Source of the DNA: Candidatus Poribacteria bacterium
GTDB taxonomy: Bacteria > Poribacteria > WGA-4E > WGA-3G
Assembly (NCBI GenBank): GCA_965198235.1
Contig: OZ240248.1
Location: forward strand, 128,001-192,000
Direction of reading: 5' to 3'
Length of the DNA stretch: 64,000 bases
Shown here: positions 30,646-40,660 of the stretch, piece after piece
How the letters are laid out: each line of letters starts with the position of its first letter
How positions within the stretch are numbered: the stretch's first letter is position 1
Notes under the pieces: generated by a model
The model's database searches: none
What the model saw: only the letters and a program-made list of their open reading frames with translations
Told to the model about the DNA's origin: nothing
Program-made: the position numbers and the translations under genes

Positions 30646-31827
30646 CTAAAAGATTATGCTACAAAGGTGGGAACTTGGGTTATACAAATAAGCATCTGCA
30701 ATAGTTTCATTCACCGTCTCACGCCACGAATCTTCAAATAGCATCCGGAAAGACATCGTTTTATTATTGGGTGCGGTGATATTCATTGTGCCGTGTGATG
30801 TAGCGTTTCGATATGTTGTTTCTAATGTTTTAATAAGTTGCTGTTTATAGGTGGTATCGTTATTTCCTTCAAGATGTTGCCCTTTAGTTTCAAAGATGCA
30901 GAGCCTTTGCGGTCCCGTTTGACTCCGTTGGATACAGGCGATAAAGTCTGGATAGACGCGGTCACGTCGCCACCCTTGTAAAAAGTACCCCTGCCTCGCA
31001 GCAATGCGGTGCCACCATTCAATCGCGCTCTGTTTGTCTATGTAGAGTGCAAAATCTGTTTCTAAATTGTTGAATTCTGCTTCAAAGACTTGTTCAAATA
31101 GATTAAGTTGTAACGGATCCCCGTGCGGATGCATCATCGGTTTTGCCTCAGGTGTGAGGCTGACCACGAGTGTTCTTTCCAGTTGGTAGTTTAACTCGCT
31201 ATCTGTTTGCAAGTTAAACTGGATCTTTCCGGCTTCCAACTTTTCTTTGAAAACGGTCTCAGCGAGTTTATCAATGCGATCGCGCAAACGACGTTTCAGG
31301 TACTCGGAAAGATACAACCGGTGTGTATACAACGTTTCTTCGTCGACACCTTCTTCACGGTAGGCAGCGAGCGTTGCCTTCACGATGCGTGCGGCGTGCC
31401 AGGGATTTGGAAGTACATCACCCAACCGCCGGACGAAAAATGCTACCTCCAAGTTGTGTGCCGCACTTTCTTGCAACTTTTTATCAATCACCGCTTCGTC
31501 TTGGAGATGGATGGTCGCACGGATCTCTTGAAGTTGTGCCGCCTCGCCTAAGTTGATAGGTGCTACCGGACCGAGTTGATGCCAGTCGATTGCACTGAGG
31601 ATGTCGCGCTCATAATTGAGTTCCCGCCAACTTCGTCCTTGCTTATGCAGTACACGCGGCAGAAAGATGTCTATATTGCGATATTCTTGCTTGCGTTCAA
31701 TAGTCCTCTGAACACGTTCCACACCGGCACTTTCAACAAATCCACCAAGCCCGGTTAACCCCTCTGCCTCTAAACCCTTCTTGACATTGCTAACAGCTGC
31801 CCCGACTCCTTGATTGTAGCAGAAGAT
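30646..31827 (-). pseudogene. Type III restriction enzyme Res subunit, C-terminal fragment
   Basis: YFLQGWRRDRVYPDFI...FETKGQHL PD-(D/E)xK nuclease; frame is open back to IFCYNQ.. at 31827, exactly at the IS right end; no helicase N-terminal half. Confidence 0.75.
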
Positions 31828-31990
31828 TTGACATCCTCTCCAGTCTAAAGACTGGAGATTCCTTTTGTCCCTTGTAGAGACATTCCTTGGGTTTAAGCCA
31901 AGGCAACAGGGACTTCCAAACGAAAGCCCAAGGGCGGTGCCATCCGGGTAAAACCCATTGCCGCCACTACAGGGTCGCCTAAACCACCCT
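31828..31990 (-). ncRNA. Predicted TnpB omega/reRNA scaffold (5' boundary approximate)
   Basis: Overlaps the tnpB 3' end and right-end hairpin, as established for TnpB systems; guide would begin AUCUUCUGCUACAAUC. Confidence 0.55.
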
Positions 31991-33134
31991 GATACTTTCT
32001 CAAAATATTTATCGCACCTACACCGTCACGGTGATATAAGAAACCGCATTTACAGGTGTAATCACGATTATTCGGTTTCTTTCTATTGCCACACTTTGGA
32101 CAGGTCTGTGAGGTGTAAGCCTCATTAATCTGAACAACCTTGATACCTAATACCTTGGCTTTATAGGTTATCAAAAACGTAATCTTACCAAATGCCCATT
32201 GATGTAGGCGTTGATTGGCACTCTTACCGTAATCAATATTATCACGTATGCCAGTTAAGTTACCGAGAACAATGGTACCGATGCCCTTAGTGTGGCAATA
32301 TTTCAGGAACTTGGTGGTATGTTTATGGAGTGCGTCTTTGATTTGGTTGTCAATCTTTGTGATGCGTTTCCATTTTCTGCGTGTGAGTTTCCACCAGCGT
32401 TTGGAATGGCGTTTACACCTGCTAATAGCATGGCTGAATTCAGATAGCACTTTATTACGATGCCGGTATAGCGAACGTATATACCGTCCATTGTAAATAT
32501 GTGTATCAGTTTCATCATGACTGACTATAGGATGTATCTCGCCAATATCTACACCTATAACACCTTCGCCCGTCTCAGTGTCTTCCGTCTCATATCTGTA
32601 GGAAAAATGCAACTCCCATTGGCCGTAGTTGTAGACTAAATCAATAGTTGCGATATGTTCCGTTTCGGACATATTGAAATTACTTGGCAGTTGTATATCT
32701 AACTTAGGTCTACCAGCACCCATTGAAAGTTCAACGCGTTTGCCAAACAAACTACCCTCCACAAAAGTAATCGCAGATTTCAACCAACGCGTCGTCATAT
32801 AGTTCTTACGTTTGTTAGGAGGCTTAGGTTTCTCTATGACACCACTCTTTTTCAAGGCAGAATAAGACTTCCACGATTTGAAGTATTGCTTTCTGATGGC
32901 TTGAATACTCTGTGAATGCAGTGGCTGTGATTTAGACAACCGCTTATCTACCCAACCCTCACAATCATTTCCGAACCAGAAATCATGATGCGCATGTGGG
33001 TACCCACGATGCCACTGATACATATCCATCTGATGCAAACACTCGTTCCACACTTCTGCCGATGCAGCATTTATTTCGGAAAACACAGCCTGTTTGTCTA
33101 CTTTCAGAATCTTCGTTCTGTGGAATGTTGCCAT
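31893..33134 (-). CDS. tnpB: RNA-guided endonuclease TnpB
   Basis: GVDIGE (RuvC-I), IVLGNL, INEAYTSQTCPKCG..CKCG zinc ribbon, HRDGVGAINI (RuvC-III). Confidence 0.95.
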   Translation of the reverse strand: MATFHRTKILKVDKQAVFSEINAASAEVWNECLHQMDMYQWHRGYPHAHHDFWFGNDCEGWVDKRLSKSQPLHSQSIQAIRKQYFKSWKSYSALKKSGVIEKPKPPNKRKNYMTTRWLKSAITFVEGSLFGKRVELSMGAGRPKLDIQLPSNFNMSETEHIATIDLVYNYGQWELHFSYRYETEDTETGEGVIGVDIGEIHPIVSHDETDTHIYNGRYIRSLYRHRNKVLSEFSHAISRCKRHSKRWWKLTRRKWKRITKIDNQIKDALHKHTTKFLKYCHTKGIGTIVLGNLTGIRDNIDYGKSANQRLHQWAFGKITFLITYKAKVLGIKVVQINEAYTSQTCPKCGNRKKPNNRDYTCKCGFLYHRDGVGAINILRKYQGGLGDPVVAAMGFTRMAPPLGFRLEVPVALA

Positions 33135-33209
33135 CCTATACCTCGTTTTTCAGCAAAGACTGCCCTATATAGGGCACTTAGCACCAACTACCAGATACAC
33201 ACTTAACAA

Positions 33210-33238
33210 GTATATCACAAGCACACCTTTTTGTCAAA
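33210..33238 (-). promoter_or_regulatory. tnpB promoter
   Basis: TTGACA-N17-TATACT on the minus strand. Confidence 0.7.
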
Positions 33239-33243
33239 AGAAA

Positions 33244-33449
33244 TCACTTATTGTGTTTCAAGTCAAAATATCCATTTTCCACTACTCGTATCAGGGGTGG
33301 CGGGTAAGTGAATTTTGCTTGAGACCTGATAGCACGGAACTGGTTACGCATTGCGTCTACGGAATCTTTATCAAGAGTATCGGGATTATTCTCGACAAAA
33401 TACTCGAAAGATTCTTGGAGTTCTTCAAATCCAACTGGCAAATTCTGCT
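33244..33449 (-). pseudogene. 3' fragment of an unidentified gene joined to the hicA stub
   Basis: Open frame QQNLPVGFEELQESFEYF...FDLKHNK with no start or RBS of its own. Confidence 0.35.
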
Positions 33450-33524
33450 GGAGTGGTTACCACCTTCACGAATAAAATAACAGCCGTGCCTTTTGAGGTG
33501 TTGAATCAACGCTCGCCGTTTCAT
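33450..33524 (-). pseudogene. hicA: Truncated HicA toxin
   Basis: MKRRALIQHLKRHGCYFIREGGNHS, ATGA overlap with the hicB stop, then similarity is lost. Confidence 0.7.
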
Positions 33525-33736
33525 ACTGCAATCGTAGCTTCCTCAAAAGACTCGCCCTCCGTCCGACGAATTGCCTCTTCCCGGTTAAGTTCCAAAATAT
33601 CTTCAAGACCGCTTTTAAGGCTAACCAGCAACTCTTCCCGAGTACGCTCTTGGCAGTTAACCCCGTTGACTTCCTGTATCCAGCCAATCCACCAACCTTC
33701 GCTTTTTTGGATGACAGCGGTATAGTTCTGTGTCAT
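33521..33736 (-). CDS. hicB: HicB family antitoxin
   Basis: YTAVIQKSEGWWIGWIQEVNGVNCQERTREEL; AGGAGG RBS. Confidence 0.85.
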   Translation of the reverse strand: MTQNYTAVIQKSEGWWIGWIQEVNGVNCQERTREELLVSLKSGLEDILELNREEAIRRTEGESFEEATIAV

Positions 33737-33824
33737 CGGTTCCGTCCTCCTTTAAAATGATACGATAAGTGTAGCATGAATTTACAGCCCAGTCAAATCA
33801 AACACGAACAACACAAACCGCTCT

Positions 33825-34223
33825 CTACGCATCTGTAATGCGATGAATGTTGTAAGGCAGCTGGCAGAAAGTGATCCCCATGTCTGTCAACTCTTTCTGA
33901 CTGACGAATTTCTGTGGGGCATAGACATAAGCCTTTTTACCTGTTTCTTTGCAGGCTCTGGCAATCTGCTCTGTACGTTCTCCATCTAACGCAGACTTAT
34001 GACTTTCTAAAAATTCTAACGTCGGTTCATAGATGAGATAGAAACGGATGCCGTCGGTTTCGCCGAAGCAATAATCTGCCTGTTCTGCGATTGAGGTTAG
34101 AGCATTGCCTGTGGCAGTATAGGCAATGTAGTCGGCTAAGGTCTCGTAGGTGGGAAGGGTTTCGCCGGTGAGCATGCCTTCTTCGTCAATCGGTTCGCCG
34201 AGGGTGCAGTAGGTGAAGGATTG
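33825..34223 (-). pseudogene. Type III R-M Mod (methyltransferase) C-terminal fragment
   Basis: SFTYCTLGEPID..MLTGETLPTYETLADY...ITFCQLPY resembles Mod C-termini; no DPPY or SAM motif upstream. Confidence 0.6.
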
Positions 34224-34446
34224 ACGCGGTTCATTAACGACTTCCGGCCGGGCTATGCAAGACGAGAACGTTAGCGGGTTTTTAATCAAACCGATCTTGA
34301 GACATGGGAAACGGAGACTTTTCTTGTCCGATCCTCTAGAATTCTCAGGTTGATGATTTGCAGAATCTCTCTATCTTCATTTGAAAACGGGTTTTGAATG
34401 TGCTATGCTATAAATGAGACAGTTTCTATATTTGGGAGGGATATAC

Positions 34447-34665
34447 ATGCCTATTCATTGGAGAGACCATATCGTTAGCACACCGGATATATTACGAGGT
34501 AAACCGCGCATCAAAGGGACGAGGATTCCAGTAAGCCTTCTCCTCGGATACTTGACAGCGGGTCATACTACAGATGAAATAATTGCTGAATTCCCTGACC
34601 TCAAAGCGATGCAGATTCACGCCTGTCTTGATTACGCCCGTGAATTAGCAGATTCCAACCAATAA
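34447..34665 (+). CDS. DUF433 family antitoxin-like protein
   Basis: PDILRGKPRIKGTRIPV...EIIAEFPDL..IHACLDY. Confidence 0.9.
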   Translation: MPIHWRDHIVSTPDILRGKPRIKGTRIPVSLLLGYLTAGHTTDEIIAEFPDLKAMQIHACLDYARELADSNQ

Positions 34666-34750
34666 ATCGCGTCAAAAAATCCTTGACATCCTTCCCAATA
34701 CTGTATACAATAAAACCCCAATTACAACATATCGTATACGGAGGTTTCTC

Positions 34751-35383
34751 ATGCCGACAATCGAAAAAGTTTTTGACACCCCAGGACCACAACCTAACGG
34801 AATGCAAGCCACTGAAGAGGGGCTCTGGATTCTCGACCAGCAGACCAACGAGGTGCACCTCGTCTCTTACGACGGCGTAGTGAAAAAGACGCTCGCTACC
34901 AGCTCCGATAGAGGTAGCGGTATTACAGATACAGGGGACACGCTCTGGCTCGCGTCCACCTACAGTTGCGAAATCCTTTCAACAGATCCAGAAAGTGGCA
35001 AAACGCTCGCCTCTTATGAGACACCCGGTGCAGGTCAGACCGGCGCGCACGGCTTAGAATGGCGCGACAATAAACTCTGGCTGGCGGTCCCGCCGTCTGC
35101 CACTATCTATCAGGTCGATGTTGAAGACGGTTTCAAGGTAATTCACACGCTCCCTGCCCCCGGCAATCGACCACACGGTATCGCATGGATAGGCGACGAT
35201 CTCTGGTGCGTTGAGACCGACCATCGCGCAATCTTCCATCTCAATCCGGAAGATGGCAGCCATCTGAACAAAATCGAGATACCGGAACCGCATCCGGAAC
35301 CGCATGGAATGACCTACTGGGATGGGTGTTTCTGGTATTGCGATGCGCATACGACAGCGGTGTGCCGCGTAGCATTATCCTAA
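34751..35383 (+). CDS. Beta-propeller protein (glutaminyl cyclase/Vgb-like repeats)
   Basis: Repeated PGxxPHGxxWxxxxLW blades. Confidence 0.7.
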   Translation: MPTIEKVFDTPGPQPNGMQATEEGLWILDQQTNEVHLVSYDGVVKKTLATSSDRGSGITDTGDTLWLASTYSCEILSTDPESGKTLASYETPGAGQTGAHGLEWRDNKLWLAVPPSATIYQVDVEDGFKVIHTLPAPGNRPHGIAWIGDDLWCVETDHRAIFHLNPEDGSHLNKIEIPEPHPEPHGMTYWDGCFWYCDAHTTAVCRVALS

Positions 35384-35385
35384 TC

Positions 35386-36168
35386 ATGGAAACGATCGGC
35401 AGACTCCTGAACATGGGAAAGAGCAGTGCCGCGATGAATATGGCGATTGACGAGGCAATTCTGCTCGCGCAGAAGGCACAACCGAACTCGACGCTGCGAT
35501 TTTATGAGTGGTCGTCCCCAGCTTTCAGTTTCGGCTATTTTCAAGATATTGATTCAGAAGTTGATGTGGAGGCGTGCCGCGCAGATGGCATCGAATTGGT
35601 GAAACGGATGACTGGCGGCGGGACCGTTGTACATGGATGGGAATTGACGTACACGCTGGTGCTCCCACGAGCTGCTGCAGCGCTGGGTATTTCCGAGGCG
35701 TATCGACGCATTGGACAATCTCTTGCCAAGGCGTTCCAGAAACTCGGTGTCCTCGCGCAGTGCTATGCTGCATGCCCCGATCCTTACCAAGCGGCTCCAA
35801 ATATCTGCTTGACGAATCCTGCCGAGCATGATGTTATGTCTAACGACAAGAAGTTAGCAGGTGTTTCTGTGAGGCGTAACCAAGACGGGATAATGTTTCA
35901 GGGATATATTTCATTGGATATGCCGCCCTCCTTTATCCTCGATCGCGTTTCAAAGGACCCGAAGGCCCAACAAGGCATCCGCGAAAAATCGACTGCTCTC
36001 AATATAGATGGACGCTTTATAATGAGAGACGCGCTCATTCAAGCCGTCTATGAAACATTTGAAGTCGGAATTGCGTTTAATTCGGGAGAACTGTCGCCGA
36101 TGGAGCGAGCGCAAGCAGAAACTTTGGTTGAGACCAAGTATACTACAGCAGCGTGGAATTTTGAATGA
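35386..36168 (+). CDS. Lipoate-protein ligase A family protein (LipM-like)
   Basis: NMAIDEA, LRFYEW, KRMTGGGTVVH, KKLAG. Confidence 0.88.
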   Translation: METIGRLLNMGKSSAAMNMAIDEAILLAQKAQPNSTLRFYEWSSPAFSFGYFQDIDSEVDVEACRADGIELVKRMTGGGTVVHGWELTYTLVLPRAAAALGISEAYRRIGQSLAKAFQKLGVLAQCYAACPDPYQAAPNICLTNPAEHDVMSNDKKLAGVSVRRNQDGIMFQGYISLDMPPSFILDRVSKDPKAQQGIREKSTALNIDGRFIMRDALIQAVYETFEVGIAFNSGELSPMERAQAETLVETKYTTAAWNFE

Positions 36169-37238
36169 ATCAGAACCAAAAACCTACCAACGTTGTTCTT
36201 ATTCCACAGGGCGCGTTTATCATGGGCACCGATATTGAAGCGTTCTATGGCACTGCCTTAGCCAATTCGGAGCACGCCAAACTTGATGAAGCACCGATGC
36301 ATATCCGTTTTCTGGAGGCATACCTCATTGAGCAGTATCCCGTAACAAACGCCGAATACGCTGCTTTCGTACAGGAAACGAATCACCCGCCGCCGCCACA
36401 TTGGAAAAACGGCGACTTCGCGCCTGAGGATGCAAACCTCCCAGTTGTTCACGTGAGTTGGCATGATAGTCGCGTGTATGCGCAATGGGCAGGCAAACGA
36501 CTACCGACAGAGGCAGAATGGGAGAAAGCCTGCCGTGGTCCCGACGGGCGGATTTATCCGTGGGGTAATGTTTTTGCTCCTGATGAATCTGAATCTACAG
36601 AAACGCCAATGGAAACTTTACAGATTCTGACAGCACATCTCACGCCTGCAGGCGTTCGTCCTGCTACAGTAAGCCCTTACGGAGTCGGCGACGCGGCAGG
36701 GAATGTCTGGGAATGGACTGCCGATTGGTATCAACCATATCCTAATCCAAAACCGCTTAAACAACGGACCGATGATAAACAGAAATCCCTGCGTGGAGGG
36801 TCATGGTTAGAAGTGCGTGATGGCACAGCGGAACGCTACTTTCGGTGTGCCAATCGCTTACATGCACCGCCAAACTATGCCGCCGGAAATATCGGTTTTC
36901 GGTGTGCGCGCGAGGTGCCACCTGAACAAGCCGAGTCGGTGCATGTTCCTGTGGAACCACTTGCTGACTATGTAAAGCAACGGAAGTTAAGTAACCTGCG
37001 TCTCCTTGGAAAACGAACACAAAAGAACAGTTTCAAAGATGCCCTCATTGCCCTCCTGCTCATCGGGGCAGCAATCTATGGTATTGTGGCGAAGCCTGAG
37101 TTGGTATTGGGTGCTGTGACAGCGGGTATTATCGGAGTTGGATTTCTTTTTAGTGCCAGTGTGAATTTCTGGCGGCGGTGGCGTGCAGTAAAGCGAGCAA
37201 AGCAGGTGGAATCCGAAAGTTTCCTACCTTCTCGTTAA
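36165..37238 (+). CDS. FGE-sulfatase (SUMF1/EgtB/PvdO) domain protein with C-terminal TM helices
   Basis: YPVTNAEY, KRLPTEAEWEKACRG, AGNVWEW, RGGSW, IGFRC. Confidence 0.88.
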   Translation: MNQNQKPTNVVLIPQGAFIMGTDIEAFYGTALANSEHAKLDEAPMHIRFLEAYLIEQYPVTNAEYAAFVQETNHPPPPHWKNGDFAPEDANLPVVHVSWHDSRVYAQWAGKRLPTEAEWEKACRGPDGRIYPWGNVFAPDESESTETPMETLQILTAHLTPAGVRPATVSPYGVGDAAGNVWEWTADWYQPYPNPKPLKQRTDDKQKSLRGGSWLEVRDGTAERYFRCANRLHAPPNYAAGNIGFRCAREVPPEQAESVHVPVEPLADYVKQRKLSNLRLLGKRTQKNSFKDALIALLLIGAAIYGIVAKPELVLGAVTAGIIGVGFLFSASVNFWRRWRAVKRAKQVESESFLPSR

Positions 37239-37329
37239 AGGTATTTTTTGCCTTGACCGAAATTTGAATTCAGTGTAAACTTTAGCAAACTAAAGCATCG
37301 CGACCTCAAGTCGCTTCTATAGGGGAAAA

Positions 37330-38181
37330 ATGATGAATACGCTATGTTTGGAACACTGTTTGACTGAAACAGAAAAACAGCAATTTGAAGACAACGGTTT
37401 CTTTGCGGTTGAGGATGCCATCCCGCAAGAGATGGTTGATAAACTGATTGCCGCTGTTGACCGAGTCGGGGCAGAGCATCTGGGAAAAGATGAGATCCCG
37501 TCCGATGCGCGTTTCAACCTCCTCGATTTTGTCGGCAGAGACGAAAACTTTATCGAACTGCTTGACTGGCACACAACATTTCCGAAGGTCTGGGGAATTT
37601 TGGGGTGGAACATCAAACTCTACCATTCACATTTAATTGTGATGCCGCCGCTTCCACCTGAAGAGCGCGACCAGCCTAAACGTCTCGGTTGGCACCAGGA
37701 TAGTGGTAGACTCAACTTTGAGTTGGAGGGCGACCCGCGCCCGCGTGTATCGTTGAAAGTGGCATTTTTCCTCACCGATACATCCGTTCCGGGGCGTGGT
37801 AATTTCTCGGTGGTACCCGGTAGCCACAAATCGAATACATTAGAGATGCCCGAGGATATAACTACGGATCCGGAAATCGCGATCCCCGTTTTCGCCAAGC
37901 CGGGTACAGCTGTCTTCTTCGATCGCAGGCTCTGGCATTCCGCAGGACGGAATACCTCTGACATCACCCGAAAAGTGCTGTTTTACGGCTACAGTTACCG
38001 ATGGTTGCAGCCACGCGATGATATGACGGTCGAGCATTACATGGAATGCTCTGATCCGATTCGTCAACAGATTATGGGCAAAAGTACAGGTGGACATGGC
38101 TTTACATCGCCCGGTGAAAAGGATGTCCCACTTCGCACATGGATTCAGGAAAACCTCGGTTCTGAGGCAGTCGCGGGCTGA
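37330..38181 (+). CDS. Phytanoyl-CoA dioxygenase (PhyH) family Fe(II)/2OG oxygenase
   Basis: WHQD, VVPGSHK, FFDRRLWHS, R in ITRK. Confidence 0.9.
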   Translation: MMNTLCLEHCLTETEKQQFEDNGFFAVEDAIPQEMVDKLIAAVDRVGAEHLGKDEIPSDARFNLLDFVGRDENFIELLDWHTTFPKVWGILGWNIKLYHSHLIVMPPLPPEERDQPKRLGWHQDSGRLNFELEGDPRPRVSLKVAFFLTDTSVPGRGNFSVVPGSHKSNTLEMPEDITTDPEIAIPVFAKPGTAVFFDRRLWHSAGRNTSDITRKVLFYGYSYRWLQPRDDMTVEHYMECSDPIRQQIMGKSTGGHGFTSPGEKDVPLRTWIQENLGSEAVAG

Positions 38182-38192
38182 CATAAAAGCAC

Positions 38193-38220
38193 GAAGGGCG
38201 GGCAACGCTGCTCGCCCTTC
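38193..38220 (+). terminator. Hairpin after the PhyH gene
   Basis: GAAGGGCGGGCA-ACGC-TGCTCGCCCTTC. Confidence 0.5.
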
Positions 38221-38415
38221 ATCCCACCCAAAAACTAAAAATCCCACATTTCTTTGGCAATTCCGAAAAGAAAAATTGTATACTTTTATAGCATAATGTG
38301 AGTTCCACATAAGAATATCAGAACTTCCTGCTCGCATGCTGTAAACTCTTAAATCGGACTCACGTTGAATATATCGCATACAATTTTCTAACACAGATAG
38401 GAGTTGTCAACTTTA

Positions 38416-40638
38416 ATGAAGGCTTTTTTATGCCTACTAATGGTATTGTGGATTCCCGCAGTTGCCTTTTCCCAGACAGGAACAATTCAGGGCACTGTTT
38501 ACAACAATAGTACGAAAGAACCATTAGCAGGGGCAGAAGTTCTCATCGTTGAAATTGACACACGTCAGAAAACTGATGAAAATGGAAAGTTCGTTTTTAG
38601 TGCCATTCCCGCAGGAACCTATATTTTAGTTACCACGGTGCCTGATACTGAGTTGTTGCAACGTACCTCTATTGTTGTCACGGCAGAAGAAACGCTGGAA
38701 CCTGAAATCTATGTCAAAACAACGCAGTATCGTCTTGAAGGTGTCAAGGTAACCGGTGAAAGTGCCCCTAAGACTGTCAGTAAAAAAAGCCTTCAAGCGC
38801 AGGAAATTACACGCCTGCCCGGTACAGCCGGTGATGCCCTTCGTGCCCTTCCAGCGATTCCTGGCATCGGTGTCGCAAACGATTTTAGCGGTGCCCTCTA
38901 TATTCGCGGCGGCTCCGATGAGGATAACCTCTACTATTTCGACCGAGTGCCTGTCGGTTATCCGTACCACTTTGGTGGGATCGTCTCATCCTTGAGTTCC
39001 GAAATTATCGATCGGATTGATGTCTATGCTGGCGGATATGGCGCCGAGTATGGTGTAGATTCTCAAGCCGTGATTGACATCTATTCACAGGACAGCAGTC
39101 CAGTAGATTTGCGTGGAAAATTTAATCTCAATCTTCTCTTTTCGGAGGGACTGCTTCAAGGCAAAGTTGGCGAAAACGGCTACTGGTATGCCGCGGGACG
39201 CAGAAGTTACATTGACCTTTTCATCGGATCCCTGTCATTTGGCACAGGAGCGATCACTGCCTTTCCGCGTTTCTGGGATTATCAGTTGAAGGTGGGCTAC
39301 GACTTCAGCGAAAAACATCAACTCTTTTTTAATCTCTTTGCTTCTGGCGATCGGTTTGCCCTGAAGTTGGATGGTGAAAATGTAGACGAAGATTTTAGAG
39401 GGAACGCGAGTTTTGAAAGTGGTTTTGAGGGAGGAGGGATCCACCTCCGCTCCTTTCTGACAGAACGGCTTACCTCCTATTTATCGCTGACCCGTTCAAA
39501 ATTTCTATTTGATGTCAATTTCGGTCCAGCACTTTCACTTGAAATTGATGCACCAGATTATGTTCTTCGCGAGGACCTCACTTATGAGTTAAACCCAAAG
39601 CATCGGTTGGAATCTGGGTTAATTCTCGGATTTGAACCCGGGCAAGTTTCTGGAACCTTCACTCGGATCCCTGATGAAGGTGAGGCTGACTTTGACATCC
39701 GGTTCGAGGAAAAAGTAGTCATAGACGAGGATGTGCGCGGGCATCGCGTCGAAGCCTATTTGCAAGACCGATACACACTGCTGCCGTTTTTGTCAGTTGT
39801 GTTTGGACTGAGGTTTGATTATTTCAATCGCATTGATCAACTTTCTGTCCAGCCGCGCGGCAGCGTACTCGTGGAACTTCCCAACAGTTCTGAACTCCAA
39901 TTTGCCTATGGGGTTTACAACCAGACCCCGCTGCCACCACAACTCTCTCCCAGCATTGGCAATCCTACCTTGAAGTCGAGTCAGGCAAGTCATTATATTC
40001 TTGAACTTAAACGGCAACTTTCACAAGACACAGAAATCAAAATGGCAGCCTATTACAAAAACCTTGCCGACTTAGTGACTGTTGACGAAGATGTCGGTTA
40101 TCTGAATCAAGGGGTCGGTTATGCGCAAGGCACCGAGATTTTTCTACGACATCACCGCGGCAATCAATTTTTTGCTTGGGTTTCCTACGCGTATGCTTTG
40201 TCTAAACGCCGTGATCGTGTCGGCGAACCTTACCGCTTCTATTCGTTTGATCAGACGCATGTCGCTACATTCGCCGCGAGTTACGACCTCACCCCGACGT
40301 GGGAGATTGGCGCGAAGTGGCAGTACCGCACTGGTAATCCATATACACCTGTCGAAGACGCAACGATCCGATTTGATCCGAGAAACGGAGAACCTATTTA
40401 CGTCCCCATTTATGCTGAAACCAACTCTGATCGGTTGCCTCCGTATCACAGACTCGACCTGCGCGTCAGTAAAACCTTCCAGTTTAGCGGATGGAAGTTG
40501 GGGATCTTCTTGGAACTCCTAAATGCTTATAACCGAAAGAATTTGCTCGATTACAGATATAGCGAGAACTACACAGAGCGCGAAGATGTTAACCAATTAC
40601 CTATCATTCCTTATTTGGGGATTACAGCGGAATTTTAA
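38416..40638 (+). CDS. TonB-dependent receptor with N-terminal carboxypeptidase-regulatory-like domain
   Basis: Signal peptide, IRGG..EDNLYYFD plug, RLPPYHRLDLR, C-terminal Phe (alternative start TTG 38404). Confidence 0.92.
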   Translation: MKAFLCLLMVLWIPAVAFSQTGTIQGTVYNNSTKEPLAGAEVLIVEIDTRQKTDENGKFVFSAIPAGTYILVTTVPDTELLQRTSIVVTAEETLEPEIYVKTTQYRLEGVKVTGESAPKTVSKKSLQAQEITRLPGTAGDALRALPAIPGIGVANDFSGALYIRGGSDEDNLYYFDRVPVGYPYHFGGIVSSLSSEIIDRIDVYAGGYGAEYGVDSQAVIDIYSQDSSPVDLRGKFNLNLLFSEGLLQGKVGENGYWYAAGRRSYIDLFIGSLSFGTGAITAFPRFWDYQLKVGYDFSEKHQLFFNLFASGDRFALKLDGENVDEDFRGNASFESGFEGGGIHLRSFLTERLTSYLSLTRSKFLFDVNFGPALSLEIDAPDYVLREDLTYELNPKHRLESGLILGFEPGQVSGTFTRIPDEGEADFDIRFEEKVVIDEDVRGHRVEAYLQDRYTLLPFLSVVFGLRFDYFNRIDQLSVQPRGSVLVELPNSSELQFAYGVYNQTPLPPQLSPSIGNPTLKSSQASHYILELKRQLSQDTEIKMAAYYKNLADLVTVDEDVGYLNQGVGYAQGTEIFLRHHRGNQFFAWVSYAYALSKRRDRVGEPYRFYSFDQTHVATFAASYDLTPTWEIGAKWQYRTGNPYTPVEDATIRFDPRNGEPIYVPIYAETNSDRLPPYHRLDLRVSKTFQFSGWKLGIFLELLNAYNRKNLLDYRYSENYTEREDVNQLPIIPYLGITAEF

Positions 40639-40660
40639 ACGTTTTTCCGAGAGACAAAAC

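Larger units (their letters stand above)
31828..33240 (-). mobile_element. IS200/IS605-family element carrying tnpB only (left boundary uncertain)
   Basis: Right end GAATCTCCAGTCTTTAGACTGGAGAGGATGTCAA ending at 31828; tnpB ORF; no tnpA. Confidence 0.8.

Noticed and set aside
31828-33240. TnpB element as an IStron or a nuclease-dead TldR
   Set aside because: The right end finishes in TCAA with no group I intron core visible; both catalytic Asp and an alternative Glu are present.
15921-33240. Left-end remnant at 15.9 kb and TnpB right end as the two ends of one large transposon
   Set aside because: Order and orientation are incompatible: the left end would have to lie upstream of tnpB (above 33134).
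36165-37238. True formylglycine-generating enzyme for the sulfatase
   Set aside because: Lacks the catalytic Cys pair after RGGS and carries C-terminal TM helices; a generic FGE-fold protein.
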